Shown: positions 11,975 to 33,384, numbered from the stretch's first letter. The stretch: 64,000 nucleotides of DNA from Eledone cirrhosa (GCA_964016885.1 OZ024742.1:10788001-10852000); one strand, 5' to 3'. Numbers and translations are program-made. Notes: generated by a model from the sequence alone, not told the origin.

Positions 11975-13366
11975 TGTCGTTTCTGAATTTGTTTAGCAAG
12001 ATTCTTTATCTGAAATCGTGTGTTGAAACCGATATTGTTATACTTTGGGAGGGTCATGTTGCCAATAAGAAACACACGCACCAGTTGCTTTCACTTCAAT
12101 TTAATTTAATATATATTTATAAATTTACAAATTTATAAATTTCTGGTTGGTTGGTTGGTTCCACAACCAGATAGTTGTTTATATATATATAGTCATAGTT
12201 CTTTCGTCACACACTCTGTGACCTCTTCAGTGACTGGGGATTTCTTTCTTCGTTTCTGTGCCTTTCCTTTCTTCTATAGAACAAGGCCAATAGAATAAAC
12301 TCATGGTATGTTAGCAATAAATACCAGAGTGTAATGTTCATCAATACAACCCCTAGAGGTGAACTAGCCTACAAATTTAGAAGGGCCCTAAAGAAACATA
12401 ATCTCAATATTAAGATAGTAGAAAGACCTGGTACCTCCGTAAAAACACTTATTAGCAAGACATACCCGTTCCAAAGACCCTCATGTATAGATAAGAAATG
12501 TATAACCTGTAAAATAAGCCCCATATTAACTGTAAAACTGGAATGTAGTATATAGCATAAGATGTACTGAGGGACAATGTAGAACAAAAATATAGTGTAC
12601 ATAGGTGAGACAGCTCGTAGTATAGGGGAACGAATAAATGAACCACTGGCGAGACCTCCAAGATAGTAAAGAATCATCTGTGCTCTACCAACATGCTAAG
12701 ATAGAACACAGGGGTAAATTAGAGAGCATAGAAATAAAAATAGAATCCACACACAAGAAAGACGCAATGTTTAGGCAAATTACAGAGGCAGTAAGCATAA
12801 AAGAATTAAAACCAAAATTAAATAGAAAATATGAGTGGAACAGCAACATCACAACTTACAATTAAGGACAAAATGAAAACACACACACACATATATAAAC
12901 AACTTACAATTGAAAACACACACAAAATGAAAACACACACAAGACAAAATGAAAACACACACACACATAGAACAAACAAACCAACCAACAATAAATAAAT
13001 AAATAAACAAACAAATATAAATAGAAAAATAGAAAAATGAACACAAACACACACAGACACCCGGATGTGGCGCATGCGCAAACTGAGCACGCAACCCACA
13101 CACAAACAAAATGGCGTAGGATAGAAGAAAGGAAAGGCACAGAAACGAAGAAAGAAATCCCCAGTCACTGAAGAGGTCACAGAGTGTGTGACGAAAGAAC
13201 TATGACTATATATATATAAACAACTATCTGGTTGTGGAACCAACCAACCAACCAGAAATTTATAAATTTGTAAATTTATAAATATATATTAAATTAAATT
13301 GAAGTGAAAGCAACTGGTGCGTGTGTTTCTTATTGGCAACATGACCCTCCCAAAGTATAACAATAT
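11975..13366 (+). mobile_element. 5'-truncated Penelope-like element (GIY-YIG remnant) with ~245-bp inverted terminal arms
   Basis: Frameshifted ORF 12280-12865: VYIGETARSIGERINEHW..SVLYQH..RQITEAVSI..LNRKYEW; 12033-12277 is the reverse complement of 13121-13366. Confidence 0.9.
13163..13207 (+). ncRNA. Minimal type I hammerhead (mirror copy on - strand at 12191-12235)
   Basis: Stem I agtca/tgact; CTGAAGA; stem II gtcac/gtgac with one extra G; GAAA; minimal stem III agaact; CUA site. Confidence 0.75.
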
Positions 13367-13803
<437 letters not shown>

Positions 13804-13804
<1 letters not shown>

Positions 13805-14410
13805 GGTGGCTGCCAACTCGTTTTCGAGTACGGCCACTACTTTATATCCATGTAGGAGAACCCCTACCGATGCGCTGAACGAATGTGACTTTTTAGTCCA
13901 GCCAGCGACTTGAAAACTCTGGTACAAAGACTACACTTTGACCATTATTGACACATAGTGCAGGGCCCATGGTACCATGTGATGACAAGTGCAGAGAGAT
14001 CTCCAGATATAAAGCAATGCCTGTGCTGTGAAGCTTTATAGTGAGCAAAGGCACTGCACAAAGCCAGTCCCACTCTCTTAACCAAGATGATATTTACCAA
14101 AAAGAAGAACAAGTCAACATCATTGGATACCATCAGGGTTGCAGGTGTTATATCAGAGTTTTCCTTCTCCTAGAATTCTGCCTTGATAAAGGCTAAGGGG
14201 TCATCTCTCCCGGTGATTTTGGATGGCTATTGAGTCTTAAGAGCTCCCTTGCCCTTTGACAGGTTTTGTTTTTAGTCCTGCAGGATGTCCAAAGTCACCC
14301 TCCTCACCAAGAAACCTTGGTGGGGTTGCCAGTTTAGTCGCCAACGACCCGACCATGAGACAGGTTGTACTGGGATACATGTTACCAGTAGCACCAACTG
14401 GTGACCTGAC
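13804..14410 (-). mobile_element. ~610-bp non-coding interspersed element, probably a non-autonomous RTE derivative
   Basis: Close copy with the same ends at 34224-34833 and fragment at 32618-32704; contains aggagaaggaaaactct motif I associate with RTE 5' UTRs and a terminal ctcg-aaaa-cgag stem-loop. Confidence 0.6.
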
Positions 14411-14517
<107 letters not shown>

Positions 14518-14519
14518 CA

Positions 14520-14980
14520 TATAGCGAGGAATTTAGCGTACAGGTTGGGGTCCACCAGGGCTCTGTTCTTAGCCCTCTCCTGTTCATCATAGTCCTGCAG
14601 GCAATAACGGAGGAGTTTAAGACCGGATGCCATGGGAACTCCTGTATGCTGATGACCTCGCACTCATAGCTGAATCTATGGTAGAACTAGAGAATAAATT
14701 CCAAACCTGGAAAGCAGGGACTAGAGAGAAAGGGCCTCAAAGTCAACATGACAAAGACTAAGGTCCTTATAAGTAGACGAGAAAACAGAACCCAGATCCC
14801 CTCAGGGGAAATGGCCTTGCTCAGTATGTAGGAAAGGTGTAGGTAGGAACTCCATTCTCTGCCCCAAATGCAAACAATGGGTACACAAGAGATGTAGCGG
14901 GATCTCAGGAAGCTTAATTAAGAATGTAGGATTCACATGCAGCAGCTGTGCTGAAACAGCAAGCAAACAGCCACAGGAAA
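14520..14980 (+). mobile_element. RTE RT/PHD internal fragment abutting the assembly gap
   Basis: Nearly identical to 58845-59304 ([21 protein letters not shown]). Confidence 0.92.
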
Positions 14981-15180
14981 NNNNNNNNNNNNNNNNNNNN
15001 NNNNNNNNNNNNNNNNNNNNNNNNNNNNNNNNNNNNNNNNNNNNNNNNNNNNNNNNNNNNNNNNNNNNNNNNNNNNNNNNNNNNNNNNNNNNNNNNNNNN
15101 NNNNNNNNNNNNNNNNNNNNNNNNNNNNNNNNNNNNNNNNNNNNNNNNNNNNNNNNNNNNNNNNNNNNNNNNNNNNNNNN
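14981..15180. other. Assembly gap (200 N)
   Basis: Run of n. Confidence 1.
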
Positions 15181-17650
<2,470 letters not shown>

Positions 17651-17692
17651 AACGTTAGAATATGTGTAATAAGGCCAAGACAATGCAGATAT

Positions 17693-19405
17693 GGACAGCG
17701 ATGGGAACGAAGTTTGCTCCCGTTTACGCGAACTCTGTAATGGGATACTTAGAACAGCAACTCTACCAAGAAATAGAGGAAAAATATAGTACTGACTTTA
17801 GAAAGTACATTGAAAAATCTTGGAAGAGATACCTTGACGACTGTTTCATCATCTGGACAGAATCTCTAGATACTCTGGATGAGTTCAATATCCTCCTGAA
17901 TAACCTACACCCATCTCTCCAATTCACAAAAGAGATGAGTAGGACCAAATTACCATTCCTAGATATAATGATAATCAAAACGACACCACCATTACCACGG
18001 ATATATATTATAAACACACAGACACCCATCAATATCTGAATTTTAAGTCGTGCCATCCACCTCATACAAAACGCAACATCCCATACTGCCTAGCCAGAAG
18101 AATTTGTACCATTGTAGAAGATACGAATACCAGGTACAAACGCCTAACAGAACTAAGAGAATTTTTGCTCAAACAAAAATACCCATCTCTACTTATAGAA
18201 AATGGCATACAGCGGGCTATAAAAATACCTATACAACAACTTAGAACAACCCAAAGAAGAAGAAACCAAGAACTGGTCATACCATTTATAATGACACACA
18301 ACCCATGTCACCAGAATATCTTCAACACTGCCAAAGCAAACCTACCGATCATTGCTCAAAGTAATGAATTAAAAGGCTTAATCACAGATCGATCTTTGAC
18401 TCTTAGTAAAAGACAGCCAAAAAATTTGAAGCAATTGCTAACAAAAGCAAAGTTTGACCTTAACAACAAAGACCAATCATTCACTGTATCTAAATGCAAT
18501 GATAATCGATGCGGCACATGTCAATCCATACACGCCGGTCAATATATGAAAACAAAAACTGGAAAAATATTCACAAATGCAAATATGAACTGCAAAAGCA
18601 GAAATCTAATTTACTGCATTAAATGCCCGAATTGTGAAGAACTATATGTCGGTCAAACTGGAAATGCACTATCGGAACGTGCACGGGTACACCGTCAACA
18701 AATCAGAGACCCAAATGTCCGTCAGATACCCCTAAGCGGCCACCTGGCAACATGTGGTCAGGGAATATTTATAATATTCCCATTCTACAAATTACACAGC
18801 CCAAGTGAAATCAAGAGAAAAATCAAAGAAAAGAATTTTATTGATAAATTCAAACCCAAGCTAAATGAACAATAATAACGCCTAGGGGTATTACTTCTAC
18901 TACCACTATGACCACGACCACTAACAACAACAACAACAACAATAATAATAATAATAAAAGTGATGTTGATGGTGATGATTAATAGAAAATGCTAATTTCA
19001 TCATTTCAAAAAAGCAAAACAATTGATACGTTGGATATGACTATTGGTCGTTAGCATGCTCAACCAGCCGTGACGCTTAAACCAATCAGCTGTAGTAATT
19101 CAGTGAAACTACACACTGATTGGTCGAAATACAGTTTACAGGGCTTTGCATTCTGGAGCCACTTTTCTCTGTATAAAATGTATAAAAGGTAGGAAATTTA
19201 CCCATCTCATTACAGTTGAAAATTGCAAACTCGACTGTCACCACATATCATGAACCTGAAGATTGCGAAAGCATGAAAGTACTTGTTCAATTAACACTTA
19301 GAATTTAATATTCTATCATACTATTTCATTATAATACCATTATATATATTTTAAAGGATTGTAAATAAAACGAGTAAATCAGACAAAGTTGGAATTCCTC
19401 TTATT
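17693..19405 (+). mobile_element. 5'-truncated Penelope-like element (Neptune-like RT, Cys-rich linker, GIY-YIG), frameshifted
   Basis: [28 protein letters not shown]; second frame to 18875 with KCNDNRCGTC..NLIYCIKCPNCEELYVGQTG..ERARVH; hammerhead in the 3' region. Confidence 0.92.
19251..19289 (+). ncRNA. Minimal type I hammerhead with palindromic stem III
   Basis: Stem I tgaac/gttca; CTGAAGA; stem II tgc-gaaa-gca; GAAA; palindrome agtact; CUU site. Confidence 0.8.
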
Positions 19406-22439
<3,034 letters not shown>

Positions 22440-22558
22440 AATTAAAACAAAATGAAAACGAAATTTCATTTCTCACTCTTAGTATGGCACTTACTTAAAT
22501 GTAAGTATGCATGTATACGTACATACATATATGTATACAGACGTACAGTAGCATGCAC

Positions 22559-22593
<35 letters not shown>

Positions 22594-22749
22594 TATACAT
22601 ATGCATACAGGTACACATACATATATGCACGTATCAGTTTAGCGGCGCTAACGTCGCTTTGTTCGTTTGTAAACAAACTGAACAGCCTGAATTTATGCCA
22701 TACGGTGTTAAGGCAACCACGTCACCTTTTTGTTCAACACTGACACAGG

Positions 22750-22794
22750 AACGATGTACTAGTTTCAAGCTTGTTAGCTATCATCAGCACCGTT
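22750..22794 (-). ncRNA. Minimal type I hammerhead, array copy 1
   Basis: Minus strand aacggtg CTGATGA t-agct-aaca-agct-t GAAA ctag TA catcgtt; 7-bp stem I, palindromic ACUAGU stem III, GUA site. Confidence 0.88.
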
Positions 22795-23219
22795 TACCCA
22801 TCTGCCAGATAGTTGAACGTTCGAAAGTATATACTTTCCTTATGAAAATTAACGGCTGAGCAGCCTAATTTGCATATTGAGTGAGTTAAATCGGTTAGGC
22901 ATACCGAAAACGATAAATTAAAACAAAATGAAAACGAAATTTCATTTCTCACTCTTAGTATGGCACTTACTTAAATGTAAGTATGCATGTATACGTACAT
23001 ACATATATGTATACAGACGTACAGTAGCATGCACATATATATATATATATATATACACATATATATACATATGCATACAGGTACACATACATATATGCAC
23101 GTATCAGTTTAGCGGCGCTAACGTCGCTTTGTTCGTTTGTAAACAAACTGAACAGCCTGAATTTATGCCATACGGTGTTAAGGCAACCACGTCACCTTTT
23201 TGTTCAACACTGACACAGG

Positions 23220-23264
23220 AACGATGTACTAGTTTCAAGCTTGTTAGCTATCATCAGCACCGTT
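23220..23264 (-). ncRNA. Minimal type I hammerhead, array copy 2
   Basis: Identical to copy 1, 470 bp away. Confidence 0.88.
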
Positions 23265-23504
23265 TACCCATCTGCCAGATAGTTGAACGTTCGAAAGTAT
23301 ATACTTTCCTTATGAAAATTAACGGCTGAGCAGCCTAATTTGCATATTGAGTGAGTTAAATCGGTTAGGCATACCGAAAACGATAAATTAAAACAAAATG
23401 AAAACGAAATTTCATTTCTCACTCTTAGTATGGCACTTACTTAAATGTAAGTATGCATGTATACGTACATACATATATGTATACAGACGTACAGTAGCAT
23501 GCAC

Positions 23505-23539
<35 letters not shown>

Positions 23540-23695
23540 TATACATATGCATACAGGTACACATACATATATGCACGTATCAGTTTAGCGGCGCTAACGT
23601 CGCTTTGTTCGTTTGTAAACAAACTGAACAGCCTGAATTTATGCCATACGGTGTTAAGGCAACCACGTCACCTTTTTGTTCAACACTGACACAGG

Positions 23696-23740
23696 AACGA
23701 TGTACTAGTTTCAAGCTTGTTAGCTATCATCAGCACCGTT
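23696..23740 (-). ncRNA. Minimal type I hammerhead, array copy 3
   Basis: Identical to copy 1, 476 bp from copy 2. Confidence 0.88.
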
Positions 23741-23906
23741 TACCCATCTGCCAGATAGTTGAACGTTCGAAAAGGTGACGTGGTTGCCTTAACACCGTAT
23801 GGCATAAATTCAGGCTGTTCAGTTTGTTTACAAACGAACAAAGCGACGTTAGCGCCGCTAAACTGATACGTGCATATATGTATGTGTACCTGTATGCATA
23901 TGTATA

Positions 23907-23941
<35 letters not shown>

Positions 23942-23991
23942 GTGCATGCTACTGTACGTCTGTATACATATATGTATGTACGTATACATGC

Positions 23992-28358
<4,367 letters not shown>

Positions 28359-28490
28359 TGTAAAGTTATATTTAAAATTGTTGGGTTACAACTAGTAAAT
28401 ATTTATAACTGATATAAAAGCACTCGACAAATACTTGGAGTATATTTACAATATTAAATAAATGGAAAACTATATTTATAAAACCATATT

Positions 28491-28556
28491 TATTTCATTA
28501 TATATATTTCGGGGATATCATATTAACAATATGCTATGCCTTCATCAGACAAAATA
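28491..28556 (-). ncRNA. Type I hammerhead motif in a repeat (28360-28630) homologous to 4955-5190
   Basis: Minus strand tattttgt CTGATGA a-gg-c-ata-g-catatt-gtt-aatatg-a-tat-c-cc-c GAAA tatata TA atgaaata. Confidence 0.72.
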
Positions 28557-28631
28557 CAATATAAACAGCTTTATAGATAAATATATTCGACATACCGTAA
28601 TAAACATCAACTTCATTTGAAGAGGTTCACT

Positions 28632-28633
<2 letters not shown>

Positions 28634-28699
<66 letters not shown>

Positions 28700-28778
28700 C
28701 ATATATACATATATATATATACATATATACATATATATATATATACATATATACATATATATATATATACATATATAC

Positions 28779-28861
<83 letters not shown>

Positions 28862-28874
28862 CATATATATATAC

Positions 28875-28933
<59 letters not shown>

Positions 28934-28934
28934 C

Positions 28935-28981
<47 letters not shown>

Positions 28982-28982
28982 C

Positions 28983-29057
<75 letters not shown>

Positions 29058-29067
29058 TATGTATATA

Positions 29068-29149
<82 letters not shown>
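28634..29149. repeat. Interrupted (TA)n array
   Basis: Visible. Confidence 0.97.
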
Positions 29150-29152
<3 letters not shown>

Positions 29153-29243
29153 CGAAGGAAATGTGGTAAGGAACCAGGTGAACCATAACGCACCAAAGTA
29201 CTCAATACTTGAGGTAGTAGAGTGGGTAATAGGAACCAGTAAG

Positions 29244-29337
29244 ACCCCGACAGCTGAGCTCAAGCCGTTTCGACGGCTAATTCTGGACTAAATGAAAATT
29301 TATCCTGGTATTTAAATAGCCGATCTTCTCAAGGGGT
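29244..29337 (-). ncRNA. Type I hammerhead variant with U3:A8 core
   Basis: Same fold as 9148-9241; stem III region contains palindrome tgagctca. Confidence 0.72.
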
Positions 29338-30080
29338 AATTCCATATATGGTCAAAGTGATTGTCAAAAATCAGTAGTAATTCTGTGGTTGCAAATTAGT
29401 AGGGGAGATGGTGGCTAAACCTGCCAGTAAGAGAAAGAGGGGAGGGGGTGGAGTAGACCCAATCAAGCGTTGGTAGTGCCAGCTACAGCTGGGCATGAGG
29501 TCAAAGAAGATACAGGGGAGGGGGAGGGGGAGGGGGAGGAAGTCGGAACGGTAGGTAGAACAATGGGGGGTAGAAATAGGAAAGAAAAAATACTGAGAGT
29601 GAAGAAAAGCAAATAAGTGTAAAGAAAAAAGTAAAGTAAATTAAATTCTACGACCTAGGTGTCAGGCTATTGTTAGGCGAGAATAAAATAAAGAAAGAAA
29701 GAAGTAAATAAATAAAAAAATAAAAAAATAAAAAAATAAAAAAATAAATAAATAAGGAAATAAGTAAAAGAACTAGGTGGGACGGTATAGGCAAGGACCC
29801 TTTTAAGAGGTATAAGTACGTAAATGATACGGTGACGGGTCAACAAAAGGGGCCAAAATACTAAAGAGACTACCACGAAATAAACAATAAAGGTTTCCAT
29901 CCCGGGCCAGCAACGACCCAGTGCAGCAAAGTGAACTTGTACGAGATAATAATTCTGAGTCCCGAGAAAAATATATACTAATGCTAACTCTAAAAGATCT
30001 AAAACAAGCTACATGAAAGTTCGTACGAAATAAAGGTAGAATACGGAAAAATAATCACCTTACCGCTACTTACTGCCGCC

Positions 30081-31424
30081 TTGGACTTCGCCGAAACACT
30101 CGTGCCCATCAGCGACCAGGAAAGAAAAATCATCCTCCACGCCAGGAAGACAGTCTTACTCTTTGACGACTCTAAATGGATAAAAAGAGCTCCCGACTCA
30201 CCCTTCGACGTCAGCATGGGCGCCACGGATTCGACGGAGGTCACTGATCTTATAGGATTATTCCTAATAGCCAAACTCACTGATATGTTTCCTGCATTCG
30301 GTGGTGGATTGTACCGTGATGATGGGCTCCTTACCCTTAAAGGGTACAACCCCAGTAGTACAGATCGGGTCCGGAAACAATTAATCAGATTCTTCCGCGA
30401 CTGGGGATTTAAAATAACCCTACAAACGTCCCTGACCCGAGTAAACTTCCTGGACGTAACCCTCGACCTCGAAAACGACCTGTACTACCCATACAGGAAA
30501 CCTAATGACAATCTGCACTACATGCACCGCCGATCAAACCATCCTAGGAACATCACAAACAACCTGGTCAAAAACATCTCCCTCCGCATATCCCGTTTGT
30601 CAGCTAATGAGCGGATATTCGATGAACATGCGCCTTATTACAACCAGGCCCTCAAGCGGAGTGGTTTCCGGGAGGAAATATCCTACTGTCCAGCTCCCAT
30701 TAGCGGAACCAGCAGGAGACACCGCCGCTCACGCAATGTAACATGGTTCAATCCTCCCCACAACGCAGAGGTGACTACTCCCATCGGGAAACTATTCTTT
30801 AGGCTCATTGAAAAACACTTCCCATTACAACACCGCTACCACAACATAATTAACAAAAATACCATCAAACTCTCTTACAGCACTACACCAAACTTCGCAC
30901 AAAACATCGTCTCTTCTAACAACAAAAAACTCAACCCCGATGGCAGAAATAACCTAAATAGCAGTGGAGAACCGACCAGGAGGTGTAACTGCCCGGATAG
31001 ATCTATTTGCCCACTCGACAATAGATGCAGAGACCGTAATGTGATCTACCAGTGCAACGTGAGGACGGATACCTCCAACAAAGCCTATATAGGACTTACC
31101 GCATGTGACTTCAAGACCCGGCTATACCAACATAGACATACCTTCCGAAACCCGGCCCGGCGTCACGCCACTACACTTTCGGGCCACATATGGGACCTCA
31201 AGGACAACAACATCACCTATGATCTCACTTGGAGATTACTGTCCAGAGCCAATTCTTACACGGGAGGACGCCGTCCGTGCAATTTATGCTCGGAGGAAAC
31301 TTTACAAATGCTGTTTTCGACGGACCAACTCCTAAACAAGAAAGATGAACTGGTTACTGCATGTAAACATAGATTGCGTAGGACTTACCTCGCCATCAAA
31401 CCCCATAATGACCCGGGGGGGTAG
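30081..31424 (+). CDS. Penelope-like RT (C-terminal part) and GIY-YIG endonuclease, uninterrupted but lacking its 5' end
   Basis: FDVSMGATDSTEV..GLYRDDGL..VNFLDVTL..WFNPP..CNCPDRSICPLDNRC..VIYQC..AYIGLT..FKTRLYQH..CNLC. Confidence 0.9.
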   Translation: MDFAETLVPISDQERKIILHARKTVLLFDDSKWIKRAPDSPFDVSMGATDSTEVTDLIGLFLIAKLTDMFPAFGGGLYRDDGLLTLKGYNPSSTDRVRKQLIRFFRDWGFKITLQTSLTRVNFLDVTLDLENDLYYPYRKPNDNLHYMHRRSNHPRNITNNLVKNISLRISRLSANERIFDEHAPYYNQALKRSGFREEISYCPAPISGTSRRHRRSRNVTWFNPPHNAEVTTPIGKLFFRLIEKHFPLQHRYHNIINKNTIKLSYSTTPNFAQNIVSSNNKKLNPDGRNNLNSSGEPTRRCNCPDRSICPLDNRCRDRNVIYQCNVRTDTSNKAYIGLTACDFKTRLYQHRHTFRNPARRHATTLSGHIWDLKDNNITYDLTWRLLSRANSYTGGRRPCNLCSEETLQMLFSTDQLLNKKDELVTACKHRLRRTYLAIKPHNDPGG

Positions 31425-32617
31425 ACTAGAGCTATAACACCCCACTTGCCGATTTTGCAATGGGTAACCCCTGCTTGCCAAGGAAGATGTAAGATCTTCT
31501 TTGTATTCTTTTATCGCTTCCTTTATTTCCTTCCCCCCTCTCTCCTTTGTCTTTCTACCCCAGCTCTTCTCCTTTGTCGGCGTCTTTTCTCGCCCACCCG
31601 AGGCTGCCCTTTGGCCCCATGTAGCCTTAGTACCCCCCACCACCCCCTCCCCTAGTCTATGATAGATTTGGCGGACTCCGCCCTTTATAGCAGTTGGCTT
31701 AGACCCCGGATACTTGCCCCCTTTTTCCGACCGCTCCCACTATTCTCTGTGCCCTCTATATTTCTTAGTGGCACTTATGCCTTATTTTTTCGTTTCAGTA
31801 TTTCTTGCTTCGCTTTTCTTCTGGGCGGGGTGGATTCTGAATTTATTTTTCCGTATTCTACCTTTATTTCGTACGAACTTTCATGTAGCTTGTTTTAGAT
31901 CTTTTAGAGTTAGCATTAGTATATATTTTTCTCGGGACTCAGAATTATTATCTCGTACAAGTTCACTTTGCTGCACTGGGTCGTTGCTGGCCCGGGATGG
32001 AAACCTTTATTGTTTATTTCGTGGTAGTCTCTTTAGTATTTTGGCCCCTTTTGTTGAACAGGCACCGTATCATTTACGTACTTATACCTCTTAAAAGGGT
32101 CCTTGCCTATACCGTCCCACCTAGTTCTTTTACTTATTTCCTTATTTATTTATTTTTTTATTTTTTTATTTTTTTATTTTTTTATTTATTTACTTCTTTC
32201 TTTCTTTATTTTATTCTCGCCTAACAATAGCCTGACACCTAGGTCGTAGAATTTAATTTACTTTACTTTTTTCTTTACACTTATTTGCTTTTCTTCACTC
32301 TCAGTATTTTTTCTTTCCTATTTCTACCCCCCATTGTTCTACCTACCGTTCCGACTTCCTCCCCCTCCCCCTCCCCTGTATCTTCTTTGACCTCATGCCC
32401 AGCTGTAGCTGGCACTACCAACGCTTGATTGGGTCTACTCCACCCCCTCCCCTCTTTCTCTTACTGGCAGGTTTAGCCACCATCTCCCCTACTAATTTGC
32501 AACCACAGAATTACTACTGATTTTTGACAATCACTTTGACCATATATGGAATTACCCCTTGAGAAGATCGGCTATTTAAATACCAGGATAAATTTTCATT
32601 TAGTCCAGAATTAGCCG

Positions 32618-32704
32618 TCGTTTTTGAGTACGACCACTACTTTATATCCATGTAGGAGAACCGCTACCGATGCGCTGAACGAGTGTGACTTTTTAGTCCA
32701 GCCA
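32618..32704 (-). mobile_element. Fragment of the 610-bp non-autonomous element
   Basis: Matches 34238-34325. Confidence 0.8.
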
Positions 32705-33178
<474 letters not shown>

Positions 33179-33203
33179 ATTGGCCGATAGTACTTCTTGT
33201 GGT

Positions 33204-33255
33204 TTTGATTGACCTGATGAGTCCTTAATAGGACGAAACATTGTTGGCTAATAAA
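33204..33255 (+). ncRNA. Hammerhead motif, canonical core, degenerate stem I
   Basis: CTGATGA gtcc-ttaata-ggac GAAA c-att-g TT; stem I only partly paired. Confidence 0.6.
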
Positions 33256-33293
33256 GACTTTTGATGTATTGAAGGCTTCTTTGTTTTATTTTC

Positions 33294-33342
<49 letters not shown>

Positions 33343-33384
33343 TAAAATTAAAGTTTAAGCAAAGAATCGGTGCTTTATTATTAT

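Larger units (their letters stand above)
22437..23992 (-). mobile_element. Retrozyme-like tandem array: ~2.8 units of 470-476 bp plus a ~220-bp inverted segment
   Basis: Units start near 22437, 22913, 23383 and differ only in an internal (TA) tract; 23773-23992 is the reverse complement of ~23455-23675; one hammerhead per unit. Confidence 0.8.
29150..32620 (+). mobile_element. 5'-truncated Penelope-like element (Naiad-like) with ~780-bp inverted arms
   Basis: 29270-30053 is the reverse complement of ~31842-32620; central RT plus GIY-YIG ORF; hammerhead variant in the arm. Confidence 0.92.

Noticed and set aside
22868-22875. Octamer motif ATTTGCAT in the array unit as a promoter element
   Set aside because: Single 8-mer in AT-rich DNA with no supporting promoter architecture
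22452-23778. Three repeated ~130-aa plus-strand ORFs in the array
   Set aside because: Run through a microsatellite, no recognisable domain, antisense to the hammerheads; frame retention (6-bp length differences) is noted but insufficient
31425-32620. SECIS element for a selenoprotein Penelope
   Set aside because: No in-frame UGA in the visible ORF and no convincing SECIS fold by eye
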